Below are positions 1 through 13,099 of a DNA stretch of 64,000 bases, piece by piece. Within the stretch, counting starts at the first letter, position 1; each line of letters opens with the position of its first letter. The translations under genes were made by a program, and so were the position numbers. This DNA is from Octopus vulgaris (lineage: Eukaryota): NCBI GenBank assembly GCA_951406725.2, contig OX597814.1, forward strand, positions 8,742,001-8,806,000. Direction: 5' to 3'. Under the pieces are notes generated by a model. That model was not told the origin of the DNA, did not search any database, and saw nothing but the letters and a program-made list of their open reading frames with translations.

Positions 1-74
1 AACACAATAATTCAAGAGGAGAGGGAGTGTGTCCTACAGAATAGAAGGAAAGATATCAGCAAAGAAGAGAATAA

Positions 75-1760
75 ATGAGCCAGGACCGAAGAGAAGTATA
101 TTTTGAAAAAACGAGAGATAGAGATCAAAGGAATCGAGGACACGTGAGTGAAGAGCAAAGGCAGCTGTACTTAGAAAATATGAGAAAGAGAGTTCACGAC
201 GGATGGGAAAAGATGAACGAAGATGAAAGGCAGAATTACATTCCACATATGAGAAACAGAGTTCAAGAAAGAAGGGAAAATATGGACGAAGTTGAAAGAC
301 AGAATTACCTTCCAAATATGAGAAACAGAGTTCAAGAAAGAAGGGAAAATATGGACGGAGATTAAAGGCAGAATTACCTTCCAGATATGAAAAACAGAGT
401 TCAAGAAAGAAGGGAAAATATGGACGAAGATGAAAGGCAGAATTACCTTCCACATATGAGAAACAGAGATCAAGAAAAAAGGGAAAATATGGACGAAGAT
501 GAAAGGCAGAATTACATTCCACATATGAGAAACAGAGATCAAGAAAGAAGGGAAAATATGGACGGAGATTAAAGGCAGAATTACCTTCCAAATATGAAAA
601 ACAGATCTCAAGAAAAAAGGGAAAATATGGACAAAGAGGAAACGCAGAATTACATTCCACATATGAGAAACAGAGATCAAGAAAAAAGGGAAAACATGGA
701 CGGAGATTAAAGGCAGAATTACCTTCCACATATGAAAAACAGAGTTTAAGAAAAAAGGGAAAATATGGACAAAGAGGAAACGCAGAATTACCTTCCACAT
801 ATGAGAAACAGAGCTCAAGAAAGAAGGGAAAATATGGACGGAGATTAAAGGCAGAATTACCTTCCAAATATAAAAAACAGAGTTCAAGAAAAAAGGGAAA
901 ATATGGACGAAGATGAAAGGCAGAATTACATTCCACATATGAGAAACAGAGATCAAGAAAAAAGGGAAAATATGGACGAAGATGAAAGGCAGAATTCCCT
1001 TCCATATATGAAAAACAGAGTTCAAGATAAAAGGGAAAATATGGACGAAGATGAAAGGCAGAATTACATTCCACATATGAGAAACAGAGATCAAGAAAAA
1101 AGGGAAAATATGGACGAAGATGAAAGGCAGAATTACCTTCCAGATAGGAGAGTTTAAGACAGAAGGGAAGATATGGACGGAGATCAAAGGCAGAATTACC
1201 TTCCAGATATGAGAAACAGAATTTAAGACAGAAGGGAAAATATGGACGAAGATGAAAGGCAGATTTATCTTCCAGATAGGAGAGTTTAAGACAGAAGGGA
1301 AGATATGGACGGAGATCAAAGGCAGAATTACCTTCCAGATATGAGAAACAGAGTTTAAGACAGAAGGGAAAATATGGACGAAGATGAAAGGCAGATTTAT
1401 CTTCCAGATAGGAGAGTTTAAGACAGAAGGGAAGATATGGACGGAGATCAAAGGCAGAATTACCTTCCAGATATGAGAAACAGAGTTTAAGACAGAAGGG
1501 AAAATATGGACGAAGATGAAAGGCAGATTTATCTTCCAGATATGAGAAACAGAGTTCAAGAAAGAAGAGAAAACATGGACGGAGATTAAAGGCAGAATTA
1601 CCTTCCAAATATGAAAAATAGAGTTCAAGAAAAAAGGGAAAATATGGACAAACATGAAAGGCAGAATTACCTTCCAGATTTGAAAAACAGAGTTTAAGAA
1701 AGAAGGCAAAATATTGACGAAGATGTAAAGCGGATATATTTTATGACAGACAAAGCTGAA
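75..1760 (+). repeat. Tandem array of 69-bp units (some 63 bp) encoding 23-aa STPR-like repeats; now interrupted by stops
   Basis: ATATGGACG recurs every 69 bp. One unit translates to MDEDERQNYLPHMRNRDQEKREN (23 aa), matching the ExR...L..M......R..N pattern of STPR repeats. From ~1109 to ~1503, 63-bp and 69-bp units alternate as a 132-bp higher-order repeat. Confidence 0.85.
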
Positions 1761-1806
1761 ATAAGAAGATAGACTATATAGTAAAAGAACAACAAAATTC
1801 TCAATT

Positions 1807-2055
1807 ATGATTGATGAGATGAATGTAGCATGCCCCATGTAGTATGCACATATATTTCCGCGCAAAGCATTCAACTGCTGCCATAAAGGCAAGGTTTCCT
1901 TGCCGAATCTACAAGAATACCCTGACGAGTTAAAACAAATTTTGAAGGAATGAACTTCAGACAGAAAATCAGAACCTATAACTCAATGTATTCAAGTGTC
2001 TCATTTGGTGCCAATGTTATATCACCCCCTGTTTGTGGCCATTTCGCAATATACT
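1807..2055 (+). mobile_element. Helitron RepHel N-terminal fragment (pseudogenised)
   Basis: Translates to MNVACPM*YAHIFPRKAFNCCHKGKVSLPNLQEYPDELKQIL, then a frameshift, then NFRQKIRTYNSMYSSVSFGAN. This matches the Helitron CC..GKV.LP.L...P..L and F...IR.YN.....S.GA motifs. Confidence 0.8.
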
Positions 2056-2065
2056 TTTCTACTAT

Positions 2066-2262
2066 AGGCACAAATCCTGTAATTTTTGGGGCAAGTGGGC
2101 CAGTCAATTAGATCAACCCCAGTATGCAACTGGTACTTAATTTATCAACCCCAAATGGATGAAAGGCAAAGTTGACCTTGGCAGAAGTTGAACTTAGAAC
2201 GTAAAGTCAGTCGAAATACCGCTAAGCATTTTGCCCAGCTTGATAACTATTCTGCGACCTCC
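2066..2262 (-). mobile_element. tRNA-derived SINE, degenerate (same family as 41640-41865)
   Basis: Colinear with 41640-41865 (GACCCCAGT..AACTGGTACTT..GATGAAAGGCAAAGT.GACCT..GAACT). Confidence 0.75.
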
Positions 2263-2414
2263 CTCCATTTAACTGTCACAATATAGAAACATTTTTCATG
2301 GCACCAACACACAATTTACAGCTGCTTACATTTTTTATGATTTCCGTGAATTTTTCATGGGTGCAGCTAGTCATATCTTGATATATTTTAAGTTATTATA
2401 AATATATGTTATAT

Positions 2415-4578
2415 ATGAGGTGAGACCCAAAAGAAACCAGATTAACGCAATATTAATTTATTCACTTAGTTTTAAATGTTTACACTTTTATCATTTTCAA
2501 AATATTCTCCATTTGAAACAATGCACCAGTCCAGGCACGTTTTCCATTATCCGAAGCAGTGCTGGAACTCTTGCAAAGTGATGCCATTTAATGCCTCTGT
2601 CACTTTTGCTTCACCTCTTCCACATCTGCAAATTCCATAGCACCAGCTTTCATCACCAGTGATGACCTTTGAAAAAAGGTCCATATCAACTTTCAACTGT
2701 TCTTTCAATTCATGACATGCATTCAGTTGTGACTGCTTCTTATCTTCCGTGAGCAAGCAACACACAAATTTTGCTGCAACTCTTTCCATTCGCAATTCCT
2801 CACTCAAAATTTGTTGGCCGAAGCTCTAGGACATACCAGTTATATCAACAAGTTCATAAATTGTTCAATGACAGTCTAAGATCATTTCATGAAGTTTCAT
2901 GATGTTTTCATTCGTTCGGGATGTCGATAGTCGTCCTCAATGAGGTCGGTCTTCAAGCAACAAGTAATCATTCTTAAAGTGTGGAAATCACTCATAAATT
3001 TGTGCTTTGCTGATGGCAGCCTCCTTGCAATATATCTGAAGCAAGACAACTGTTTCAGCTGCCGTTTTCTGTAGCAAAAAACAGAATTTCGTGGAAGCAT
3101 GTTGTTCTTTCATTTCAGTCATCAGAGAAATCAATGAACAAGGGAGAAGCACTGAAAAACAAATACATACAGGGATTGGACAAAATAATGGAACACCTTA
3201 AAATTTCGAACAAATTTATTTTAATATGGGGTAGGACTGCCTTTGGCAGTAATTACAGCTTGAGGTATGGACTCGTACAAAGTTTGAATTGTTTACAAAG
3301 GAATTCTTGTCCATTCTTCAACTAAAACAGTCTCCAGTTTTCGTAGTGACGACGGTGGGGAATATCGACTCCTTACTTGTTTTCCTAAAATGCACCATAA
3401 ATGTTCAACAATATTGAGATCTGGGAACTGTGGTGGCCAGATAAGATGTTCAACTTCACTAGAATGTTCCTTGTGTCATTCAGTAACAACTTTAGCTGTG
3501 TGAATAGGTGCATTATCATCCTGAAAGATTGCATCTCCCTCTGGAAACAGTTCTGCAACTATAGGACAAATTTTATCAGATAGAATGCTTAAATAATCTT
3601 GACTATTAATTCTACCATGAAGGGAAACCTTTGGACCAGCAGATTTCCAAGATATAGGACCCCACCCCACCCCAGATCATCACAGATCCTCCTCCATGTT
3701 TAACAGTTGGAAGAAGGCAGTCTGGGTCAAATGCTTCTTTTGACTGTCTCTGCATGTATACTTGGATGGTGGTCGGAAATAAGGTAAAGGTAACTCGTCT
3801 GAGAAAATAACATCCTTCCACTGCTCTAGGGACCAAATCTGGATTTTTACTCCATTCTAAATGCTTTGCAACGTTTGTTTTTGAAAGTAGTGGTTTTCTG
3901 ACTGTAGTGCCCCTGTGAAATCCAACTTTGTGCAGCTCCCAGCAAACAGTTTTTGTGGAAACTAGGTTCTTGAGGTGTTTATTAAGCTCTGGAGTAATTT
4001 TGGGAGCTGTACATTTGTGTTCCTTTCTAACAATTCATGTAAAAGTTTGATGGTCCCTATCTGAAAGTTTTGGTTTTCTTCTGGAGTTTTGTTTCAACAG
4101 GGAGGTTTTTCCCTCTTTGTCAAAAGCTGTCATTACTTTTGAGACAGTACTTCTTCATACACCAAACATTTCGGCTGTTTTTGTTACTCTAGTGCCTACC
4201 ATACTAGCACCAACAATTTGACCTCTTTGAAAGTCCAATAAATGTGTCATTTTAATGAATTTTAATTATCTTTTTCTGATGATATCTGAAAAGAAACAGC
4301 TTTTTCAGTGAAACATATTAAGATACTAAATAATAAAAAAAACATAAAAGTACACAAGCTTTTGATGGCTTTATAAATATTTCAAAATTAGGATGCAAGA
4401 TGTTTCCATTATTTTGTCCAATCCCTGTACCATGTGGCAGTACAAAAACAGCTGATGTCACCGGTTGGCAGACTGATGACTGAGGGTTGCATCAAGTGCC
4501 TTCAGCAGTGGTAGACTGAACTAAAACGGACTTGTCCTATAGAGAACATTTCATATTACTTTTGAGTACCTCTTCATA
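2415..4578 (-). mobile_element. Decayed mariner transposon, split by a Tc1 insertion
   Basis: Minus-strand fragments read EELRMERVAAKFV..LLTEDKK and ITGDESWCYG. Degenerate TATGAG...CAAAAG termini lie at both ends. Confidence 0.7.
3170..4427 (-). mobile_element. Tc1-family transposon with TIRs and TA target duplication (defective)
   Basis: TIRs are CAGGGATTGGACAAAATAATGGAA at 3170 and TTCCATTATTTTGTCCAATCCCTG ending at 4427, with TA on both sides. Transposase motifs TVKHGGGSVMIWG and FQDDNAPIHTAK are present. Confidence 0.92.
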
Positions 4579-4634
4579 TTACTTGTATATATATGTATAT
4601 ATATATATATAGCCATACATACATATATACAAGT

Positions 4635-4835
4635 AATACGTGTGCATCGTTGGTGATTTTCTTCCTCTGTCTTCCATTCTTTGGACTGTTCTCTATTTCT
4701 GATGAAGAGCTTTGCTCAAAACATAAAATCCTCTTTCCTTCCTTTCTTGAGAATCTGATAATACAATACTTGTACCATGTCTTCACGTTGTTGTTTTTTC
4801 TTGTTTGTTCTTCTTTGTTTGGATGCACTCCATAC
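4635..4835 (+). mobile_element. Short PLE-terminal-like repeat with a decayed hammerhead core; partial second copy at 24196-24272 (-)
   Basis: CTGATGAAGAGCTTTGCTCAAAAC resembles CUGAUGA-A-GAGC/GCUC-GAAAC after CpG decay. The downstream sequence matches the reverse complement of 24196-24272. Confidence 0.45.
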
Positions 4836-6269
4836 CTACTGACACACCTACATACATAAATACATACAGACACACAAATATACATAGACATACACAGATA
4901 CACACATACATATGTACCTACACATATAGTACAAAATTATAAATAACATGAAGGTGAGGTAAAGAAAAGAAAAGAAATATAAAAGGGAAAATAGAAATAA
5001 AAGTCTTATATTTTGAACATACACTCTTTTACAGAAGAAAAAACCCAGAATGGATGAAAAAATTGAGACAAAAAAAACTGTTTTAATTGGACTGTCACTG
5101 TAAGCTGAAATGACAAGAGGAGGAAGAGGTTGCTAGAGGTGTGAGTGGCAAGGGGGATAACTGTGAACCTATTATCTATGGGTGTGTGAGCATGCACATT
5201 GGTGCATGAGATGAATGTGTGTGTGTGTATAAGATGTGTATTTGTGTGTCTGTATAAGTGTGTGTGTCCTTGTTTTCTGCTTATGTGTATGAAGCTATTG
5301 TGCGCATGTATATCTTGTATGTGTGCATATGTGTGTGTGAAACTGGATAGACGTGTTTGGTGGAAGAGGGGTGAGGAAAGTGGTAGGTATTGGGAAGTGT
5401 ATGTTATGATATAGTTGTTATAAGTGTGAGGATGGGTAGCATAAGGGGTGGGTGGGTGCCAGTGTGGGTGAAGGAGGAGGAGGAGTGTGTGCATGTAGAT
5501 GTGTGTACATGATGTTTGAATGTGTTGGTGGGTGTGTGGTGTTGGATAATGAGTTCAATGGTGTAGAGTAGGTGTGTGTGTGGGTGGGTAGATGCTGAGG
5601 GGACACTGGGAATGTAAAAGGTAGATGGTGTGTGTGTGTGTGTGTGTGAAAGAGGGGTTTTAATGAAAAGGGAATTTAGACTGTGAGAGACTTGACTACA
5701 GAGAGGGAGAATTATTTCCTGTTCCCTATGGAGACAGGAGTCTCGGTAGCCTCTGTGCAAAGCCAATCTGAACACGGACAGACGTTGCAGGGAATGACCA
5801 ATGAAGTAGTAATGGTACAAGACCAAGGTGTCATTACAGAGCCTGATGATGTGAAGGTGTTCATCAAACAGTCATCCAGGCAGCAACCAGTCTGTCCAAT
5901 GTATGGGGAATGGCAAAGGGAGAAGAGGATGCAGTAAATCAGATTACTGGAGGTGCAAGAGAAGGAGTCGATGACATGGAAGAAGCAATCGTGGGCACCA
6001 GTGAAGATGGAGCTAGAGAAGAAGGGACATACATTGCAGTGTAGGGAAGAACAAGGAAGGAATTCAGGCTGAGTGATTTGAGAGAAGAAAGAGGTACAGA
6101 CCTGTGTGTCATGTAGGTTGTGTGTGCATTTGAAGGGAAGGGATGTTTTCCAAACCTGAACAACAGTATTTCTTGAATTGCAGTTAAGTGCAGTTCAGGA
6201 CTCGGCAAACATTTGCAGTTGATAATGGTAGGAGAGTTTACATTGTTCTTACATTGACTCTGCGAGTAT

Positions 6270-7700
6270 TCCAGTCAATAACTTCTACATAAGTGGTGAA
6301 CAGGATATCAGCCTGTAATTGTCTACCATATTGCCTTTTTCGAGGTTTTTCAGGCACAGCACTGTCCTACCCAATGTCAACGACTCTGGTGTTCCTTGGT
6401 CGGCAGCTATTCGTGCATGACATTCACCAAATCTTTTGATCCAGTAGCCTTGAACTCCATCTGGTCCCGGGGCCTTCCAGTTGCTCATATTTTTGCTGAT
6501 TTCCTTCTCTTCCCTAACTGAAATGGCAAGTTCTGCCTGTTTTCGACAGACTACTGTTTGTTTCAGTTCTTCCAACCATTCAGCATTCTTCTTGTGCTCC
6601 TTGTCTTTGCTCCAGATGTCACTCCAAAACCTTTCACTTTCAATGTTATCTGGTATCAACATTTCATCTGTACACTCTCCATTTATTTCTTTATAGAATC
6701 TCTTCTGATCTACTCTGAATAACATATTCTGTTGGTAACCCTTCATTCTTTGGTCGTATCTTACCCTCTTTGCTTTCTTGGCAATGAGGTGCTGTTTCAG
6801 TTCCTCCACTACTACTTTCAGGCCCTTTCTTTCAATATTATACTTCCTTTTCAGCGCCCTCTATTTTTGTTTGCATTTAAGCTCCCCTTTCTCTTTTCGG
6901 TCTAACACAGAAATTTCCTACGAGAGCATGCCTAACCCTGCCAGGATCTTTCTTTTCCACCATGGATCTTTTCTTTTGTCACTCCCATTGTGTTTCTTTT
7001 TCTGGTCATGATATTGGTACCCACATTTTCTGCTGCAACAATGCTTGCTGCCTTGATCAAATTATTTGTTTCTGTGATGTTGTTTGTTCTGATGTATTTC
7101 AGAATTTCATTGACATTTTTCGTTTCTTGGTTCAATTCCCATCAATCAGCCTTTTTAAGATTGCAAATAGTGTCGTTATTGTTCCCCTGTAGTCTTGCCT
7201 TTATTCTGGCATAGATTGCCTTTTGTTCGTCTGTCATGCTGCCATTAGTTTTATTGTCTTCTTTTAGATCATCTATATGTCTCTCATCAAGTTAACTACC
7301 ATTGCTCCTCTCTTGTGCTATGGGATTACTTTTATCAGTAAGAACTCTATTTTCATCGTTTCCTCTTCTGCTGTTTTCTAAGACACGTCTTTTGATTGCT
7401 TGAAGCTCTACTGTGAACCAACGATATTTTCTTATTGCTCTAGCTTAATCACATAGTCTCTGTTCCGTGAGTTGAAACAATCCCTTTTCTCTCCAATGAT
7501 CATACATACATTGTCAGTAACCCCTATTTGAGCACCATTTTCATCTACCTGGCTGCTAAGGTAGTAATTTGCTTGCTCTATCTATGCCGTGTGTGGTGGT
7601 CCCTTTCTGGATATCGATAGACTGGAGCCAGACCAGAATCTCTGAGCCTGCCGGGTGTAACACTGTCACCATCAAGGGCTTCAATTTCATTACCACCGTT
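6270..7700 (-). mobile_element. R4/Dong-clade non-LTR retrotransposon, N-terminal and early RT fragment
   Basis: ORF 6285-6809 contains EELKQHLIAK..RY....QQN.LF..DQKRFY and NWKAPGPDGVQGYWIK. The 5' side lies near a (TAA)n tract. Confidence 0.75.
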
Positions 7701-7842
7701 ATTCACAATATCTTGCTTTTTCCTTGCCACTCATATGAGGTAGCGATTATCAGGTTGTGCAATTATTACCAGTGTTTTTATTGTGACACCATCACTAGAT
7801 ATATCATTATTAATCAGCCCATAAGGCTCCACCTGTTTCTTT

Positions 7843-7876
<34 letters not shown>

Positions 7877-8379
7877 CACTGATATTGTTTTTATGTGTAG
7901 TAGTAGCAGTGTTTGCAGCAACAGTAGCAGGGGTAGGGTAGTGGTAAGGGTGGTAGTTGGGCCTGATTCCTGTGCTATCATAGTAGTAGTTGTAGTATTA
8001 GTAGTATTTAGTATCAGCAGCTGCAGCATATTATTATTATTTAAATTTTTATTATTATCACCATTACCACTGCTACCATTGTTTGAGGAACTAGTTGGGT
8101 ATCAGTATGGTAAATAGATCATATTCTACAGGTTTATAAATAGATTCGGCAGATGATGGGGAGGTCAGCCATAGAAAGCTATTTTCAAACCCTTTGGGTC
8201 AGCAGAGGTCAAATGTGTTTTCTACTACCAGTGCCCACTAACCACTGAGAGCGCTGCCTTGAAAAGCAAACCAACCTGTTCTATTTGTAATTACTGATAG
8301 AAAAAACGATAATATATATATATGCATATATACATACATATATGTACATACGTACATGTATATGTATATATACATGCAT

Positions 8380-8760
8380 ATATGGGTACAGGACATCAAA
8401 AAAACATTGAACACAATGAGAAACAAAAACATAGAAACGAACTTATTTTCAAACAATGAAAAATAAAGAGAAGCAAGACATACAACACAAGGAATATTCC
8501 CCTTCTTCAGTTGTCCCTGTTTCATCTACTTTGCATTTTGAGGGTAAGGACAAGATGCGACTTCGTTGAAACAGTCCTTCCCGCAAAGCAAATTAAATAA
8601 AATTTGGGATTTTTTACGGAGGGTGAAAGTGGTATCAAGAACAGGACAGCAAGAACAAAACAGTAAATACAATAAAAAAATTTTTTTAAATAAAAACAGT
8701 AAAAGACAGAACAATGAGAACAAAACAGTAAAATCAAACGATGTGGGCTCTTAAGCCAAG
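8380..8760 (-). mobile_element. Dispersed repeat, copy 1 (PLE pLTR-like), carrying a permuted hammerhead
   Basis: Colinear with 22545-22930 (TATGGGTACAGGACA...TTCCCCTTCTTCAG...TTCATCTACT...AAATTAAATAAAATTTG). Confidence 0.75.
8499..8561 (-). ncRNA. Non-circularly permuted hammerhead ribozyme, probably inactive (GAAA changed to AAAA)
   Basis: RNA reads UCGC-AUC-UUGUCCUUA-CCCUC-AAAA-UGCA-AAGUAGAUGAAA-CAGGGACAA-CUGAAGA-AGGGG. Stems I, II and III all pair. Confidence 0.6.
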
Positions 8761-8851
8761 ATGATGGAAAAATTATTCTAAACGTTTAAGGAGGCAGCTT
8801 ATATATGTATATATATATACACACGTATGCACACACACACACACAAATATA

Positions 8852-10093
8852 TTGGGTTGGCTAAAAAGTCCGTTCGTTTTTTTTAGTATCAACTGTCTGG
8901 TCTTCTAATCCCTGTTCTGATATTCTTTTTCTTTAGAAACTGTATTTGGTATAACGACCAAGGTTACATCAGTGTGTAACAAGCCTCAAAGGAGAAAGAT
9001 TGCAACTTGTTTGATTGCATTTGAGCCAAGACATGGAAGACCGGGCGGAGCACTATCAGCATCTTATGCTTTTTTACTTCAGAAAAGGAAAGAAAGCAAC
9101 AGAAACTTGCCAAAAGTTATGCAATGTGTATGCAGAGAATGCTGGTTTGCTCGATTTCAATCAGGGAATTTTTCAGTAAGAGATGCATCTTGCTCTGGCC
9201 GGCGAAAAGAGATTGACATCGACCAACTGAGAGCTGTAGCCAAAGAAGACTGCAGTCTTACGACCAGACAAATTGCAGATATTCTTAACATATCCAAAAC
9301 AAGTGTAGAAAATGAATTGCATAAACTTGGTTACATTTCTATACTTGATGTTTGGGTTCCCCATAAATTGACAGAAGCAAATCTTGTCCAGTGGGTTTCC
9401 ATTTGCGATTCATTACTGAAAAGGGAAAACAACGAACCCTTTTTGAGAAGAATTGTTATTGGATATGAAACGTGGGTAGTTTACAATAATGTGAAACGAA
9501 GAAGATCATGGAAAAAAGCAGGGGATTTTCCAAAACAAACACCCAAAGCAAATCTTCACCCAAAGAAAGTTCTGTTATCGATATGGTGGGATTGGAAGGG
9601 TGTTATCTTTTTAAACTTCTTCCCTTGGATAAAACCATCAATTCAGAAGTTTATTGTGAACAACTGGATAAATTAAACATGGTTCTTCATCAAAAATGGT
9701 CAGAACTGGTGAATCACAAAGGCGTTGTTTTCCACCATGACAACGCAAGGCCACACACTGTTTTGATTACTCGGCAGAAGTTGCTGCAGCTTGAGTGGGA
9801 AGTTTTGCCTCACCCTCCGTACTATCCAGAACTGACCCCATCAAATTTCCATCTGTTTCGTTCACTGCAAAATTCATTGAATTCTAATGAAGGTGTGAAA
9901 ACTTTCTTGGAAATTTTTTTGCTAATAAAGAACCTAAATTCTTCGAACAGGGGATTAAAGATCTACCCAACAGGTGGCGAAAGGTTATAGAAGCAAATGG
10001 TAACTATTGTATTGATTAAATACAGTTTTCACAATTGTTTACTTTCTTTTGATTTTCACCTAAAAAAACCAACGGACCTTTCGTCCAACCCAA
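8852..10093 (+). mobile_element. Full-length defective mariner transposon
   Basis: TIRs TTGGGTTGG..AAA.GTCCGTT.GTTTTTTT are flanked by TA. WVPHKL, HDNARPH and HPPYYPELTPSNF motifs are present; the ORF is frameshifted and two catalytic Asp residues are mutated. Confidence 0.93.
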
Positions 10094-10439
10094 TATATAT
10101 ATATACACACACACATATATACTGATATTCACAATGTTGAAGTTTTGAATTTCTGAATTCAGTTGTGTTGTTGCAATAAAAGGTGCATTTATGTATTTGG
10201 GTAATACATTAAAGTTTTTAAGTTTTCTTGAGATGTTCGTTTGTCTGTCCATTTGGAGAATACAGTAGGACTTTTGCAAAGAAAAGGATGTTTACATTTT
10301 CGAATACTCAGGGAGAGTCAAAAATAAAGGGAAACAAGTTGTAGATAGTAAAATTTTAGGGTTATTATTATTATTGTTGTTGTTGTTATTATTATCTTAT
10401 TTATGTGCATATGTGTGTTAATATAATTGAAAAACAACA

Positions 10440-12920
10440 TAACCATTAGATTTGTATAATCAATGCTTTCGCTACAGTTAGTGGTAAGCAGATCAATTTA
10501 TTCGAATCAAGGATTTGATTTAGAAAAAAAAAGACAATAGAGTTCATCCCTAGACTTATTGACAAGAAAATGGGAAAGCAGGGAATGACCAAAAGTGAGA
10601 AAGGAGTACCACTGTTGAATAGGTTTACAACAAAAAGGTACCCTCCACCAAATATTCACCAAGCAAACTTTGAAGATGAGTCATGGAAAATACTAAAGAA
10701 TGTTAAATCTTAAAAATACCCCCCACCCCCGAGGAAATATGCATTTGAGAAAGAGTAAAACAATAATCTTGGAACTTAAGAGAAATGATGGTATTATTGT
10801 ACATATGAACAAGACTAGGAATATCTGAAATATATATTAGTATCATGAACTATTAAAAAAAGGAAATTACTAGCAGTTACATAATAAAAATATATTGAGA
10901 ACTATTAACCTAATATCTATACAGATAATGACCGATTACAAATTGGATGATAGGACTAAACCTTTTGTTCCAAAGAAACCTAGGATTATGCTAAAAGACC
11001 ATAAGGAGAATTTCTACGACAACCCTAAAATATGATGAATTTGCCCAAGTAAATCAGACTTAGGTAGGCTAAACTACGCCATTATAGATAGGTATATACC
11101 TGCAGTTAAGAACACAATAAAATTAAAGCTTTGGTCTATATGTAAAACGTAACTGATTGGTTTAATGGAATTGATAATAAAAAAGAAAGAAATTTTTACA
11201 AATTCATACAGATAATTATTATTCTTCTATTAACCATATATTATTAAATAAGGCTCTTTTGTTTGTGAGAAATATTCTAAACTAACTATGGAAGAAATTA
11301 ACATAATTTTAGCTGTCAGGAAAATAGTTATTGAATTTCACAACAAATATTGAATTTAAAAAGTCAATAATGATGGCTTTCATATAACAATGGGGTCTGA
11401 GGAGTTTGCACAATTCACTGATCTAGTAGGTATATATATTCTATTTAATTTAAGTAGAGATTTTTCTGAACTTAGGGGAGGTTTGTAAGGGGATGATACA
11501 CCTTTTACTCTTAGAAACTTTTCTAATAGAAAATTGCAATTGTATAAGAAGAAATTTATAGATTTTTAAAAAGCTTAGGACTCTCAAAACTATCGAAAAT
11601 GAGCATGAGTCAGTAAATTTTTTAGATGTTAACCTTAACGTCATTATTGGCAACCACAAACCATTACATAAATCTAACACCAACCTTAGATATACAAATA
11701 TTGGAAGTAATCATCCTAGATCTATCACAAATTCTTTGATTTACAATGTATCTAGAAGAATCTGAACTTTATGGCCAAATGAGAAGATTTTCAACAAAAA
11801 TGTGGACTTTTACAACATGGCACTTGGGAGGGTAGGACATAAGCAGAAGTTACAAATATTGTGTACCTAGCATAAACTCCAGTAATATGCATAATTTAAA
11901 TATAATTGATAATAACAGAAAATTAAAAGCATTTGAATAAAATAGAAATAAGGGTAAGAATAAAATTAAATATATACTAAATAACAATGATATTCTAAAT
12001 ATGAAAAACGATTCATTGCTTAATTCTTCTAACAATATCTATAAAAGTAAAAATGATATTAAATGACATACCCCATATATAAATAAAATTGATAAACAGT
12101 TACATAGTTATAATAAAACTTATAATAAGCGTAATATTATTTGGTTAATTATTCCATTTGCCAAATAAATTAAGAGTAACTTAGTTAAATCTCTTTATAA
12201 ACTATTTACAAATCACTTTTCTAAGGAAATGAAGTATTACGACATAATTAACCCCAACAGGCTCTGTGTTGGATATTATGTCTCGACCAAGGTTTCCCAG
12301 ATTATATTTTCACATAACAATAAACAGTTAACTAATTTCCATAATAGTACAGTTAGATTTAGTAATGATGCATTACTTGACAACAAAAATAATTCTGATT
12401 ATAGTGAATATACAAAAAAAGAAATCTTCTAAAATATGAAGGGAAACAATGAAGGTTGTATCCTATTGTAACCAGAGTATTAAAGCTTTGAGCAATGATA
12501 ATACTGATTGCAAGTCTATAAGAGCAAATAAAAATAAAAATATGTATTGTGACTGCAAATTTAAGGATAACTGTTTGTTTAAAAATTGTTACAAATAAAA
12601 ATAATGTGGTATATAGAAGTAAAGTGGAAGCTGAGGGTAAAAACTATTTTTACATAGAATCTATGGAAAATTACATAAAAATGCATATTACAAACCATGA
12701 GAGCACAATTTGAAACAGAAGTAAATTATCTTATACGAGTCTAAAGAAGTCTATTTGGGAATTAAAGGACAATAATAAAAACTATAACCTAAAGTGGGAA
12801 ATCATAAGACATGCTAAATCCTATAAAACTGGAAATTTTCATTGCAATTTTTGTATTGATAAACTTTTTCAAATTTTAACTTCTACACATAAACATCTTA
12901 GCATATCATACTCTCACTAG
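10440..12920 (+). mobile_element. Penelope-like element (RT plus GIY-YIG endonuclease), heavily decayed
   Basis: Fragments read LKDHKENFYDNP, FHITMGS..AQFTDLVGIYIL, VNFLDV, SNHPRSI, NVVYRSKV....YFYI and SIWELKD.....KWEII..AKSY.....CNFC. Confidence 0.85.
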
Positions 12921-13099
12921 TAATAATGAAATTTTAAGAATAGATTAATTTACTTACTGCTAACTGTATTGAAAGCATTATCTATATAAATCTAATGATT
13001 ATGTTGTTTTTTAAATATATTAAAAGACATGCACACAAATATGATAAAAATAATAATTGTAAAAAGAAAATGCATCTACACAAGTAACGATTATTTAAA

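Noticed and set aside
34-1892. Long minus-strand ORFs of 524 aa and 573 aa
   Set aside because: They are antisense shadows of the 69-bp array; the meaningful frame is the + strand STPR/Helitron one.
5100-6260. Short ORFs in the GT-rich region
   Set aside because: They are low complexity with no recognisable domain.
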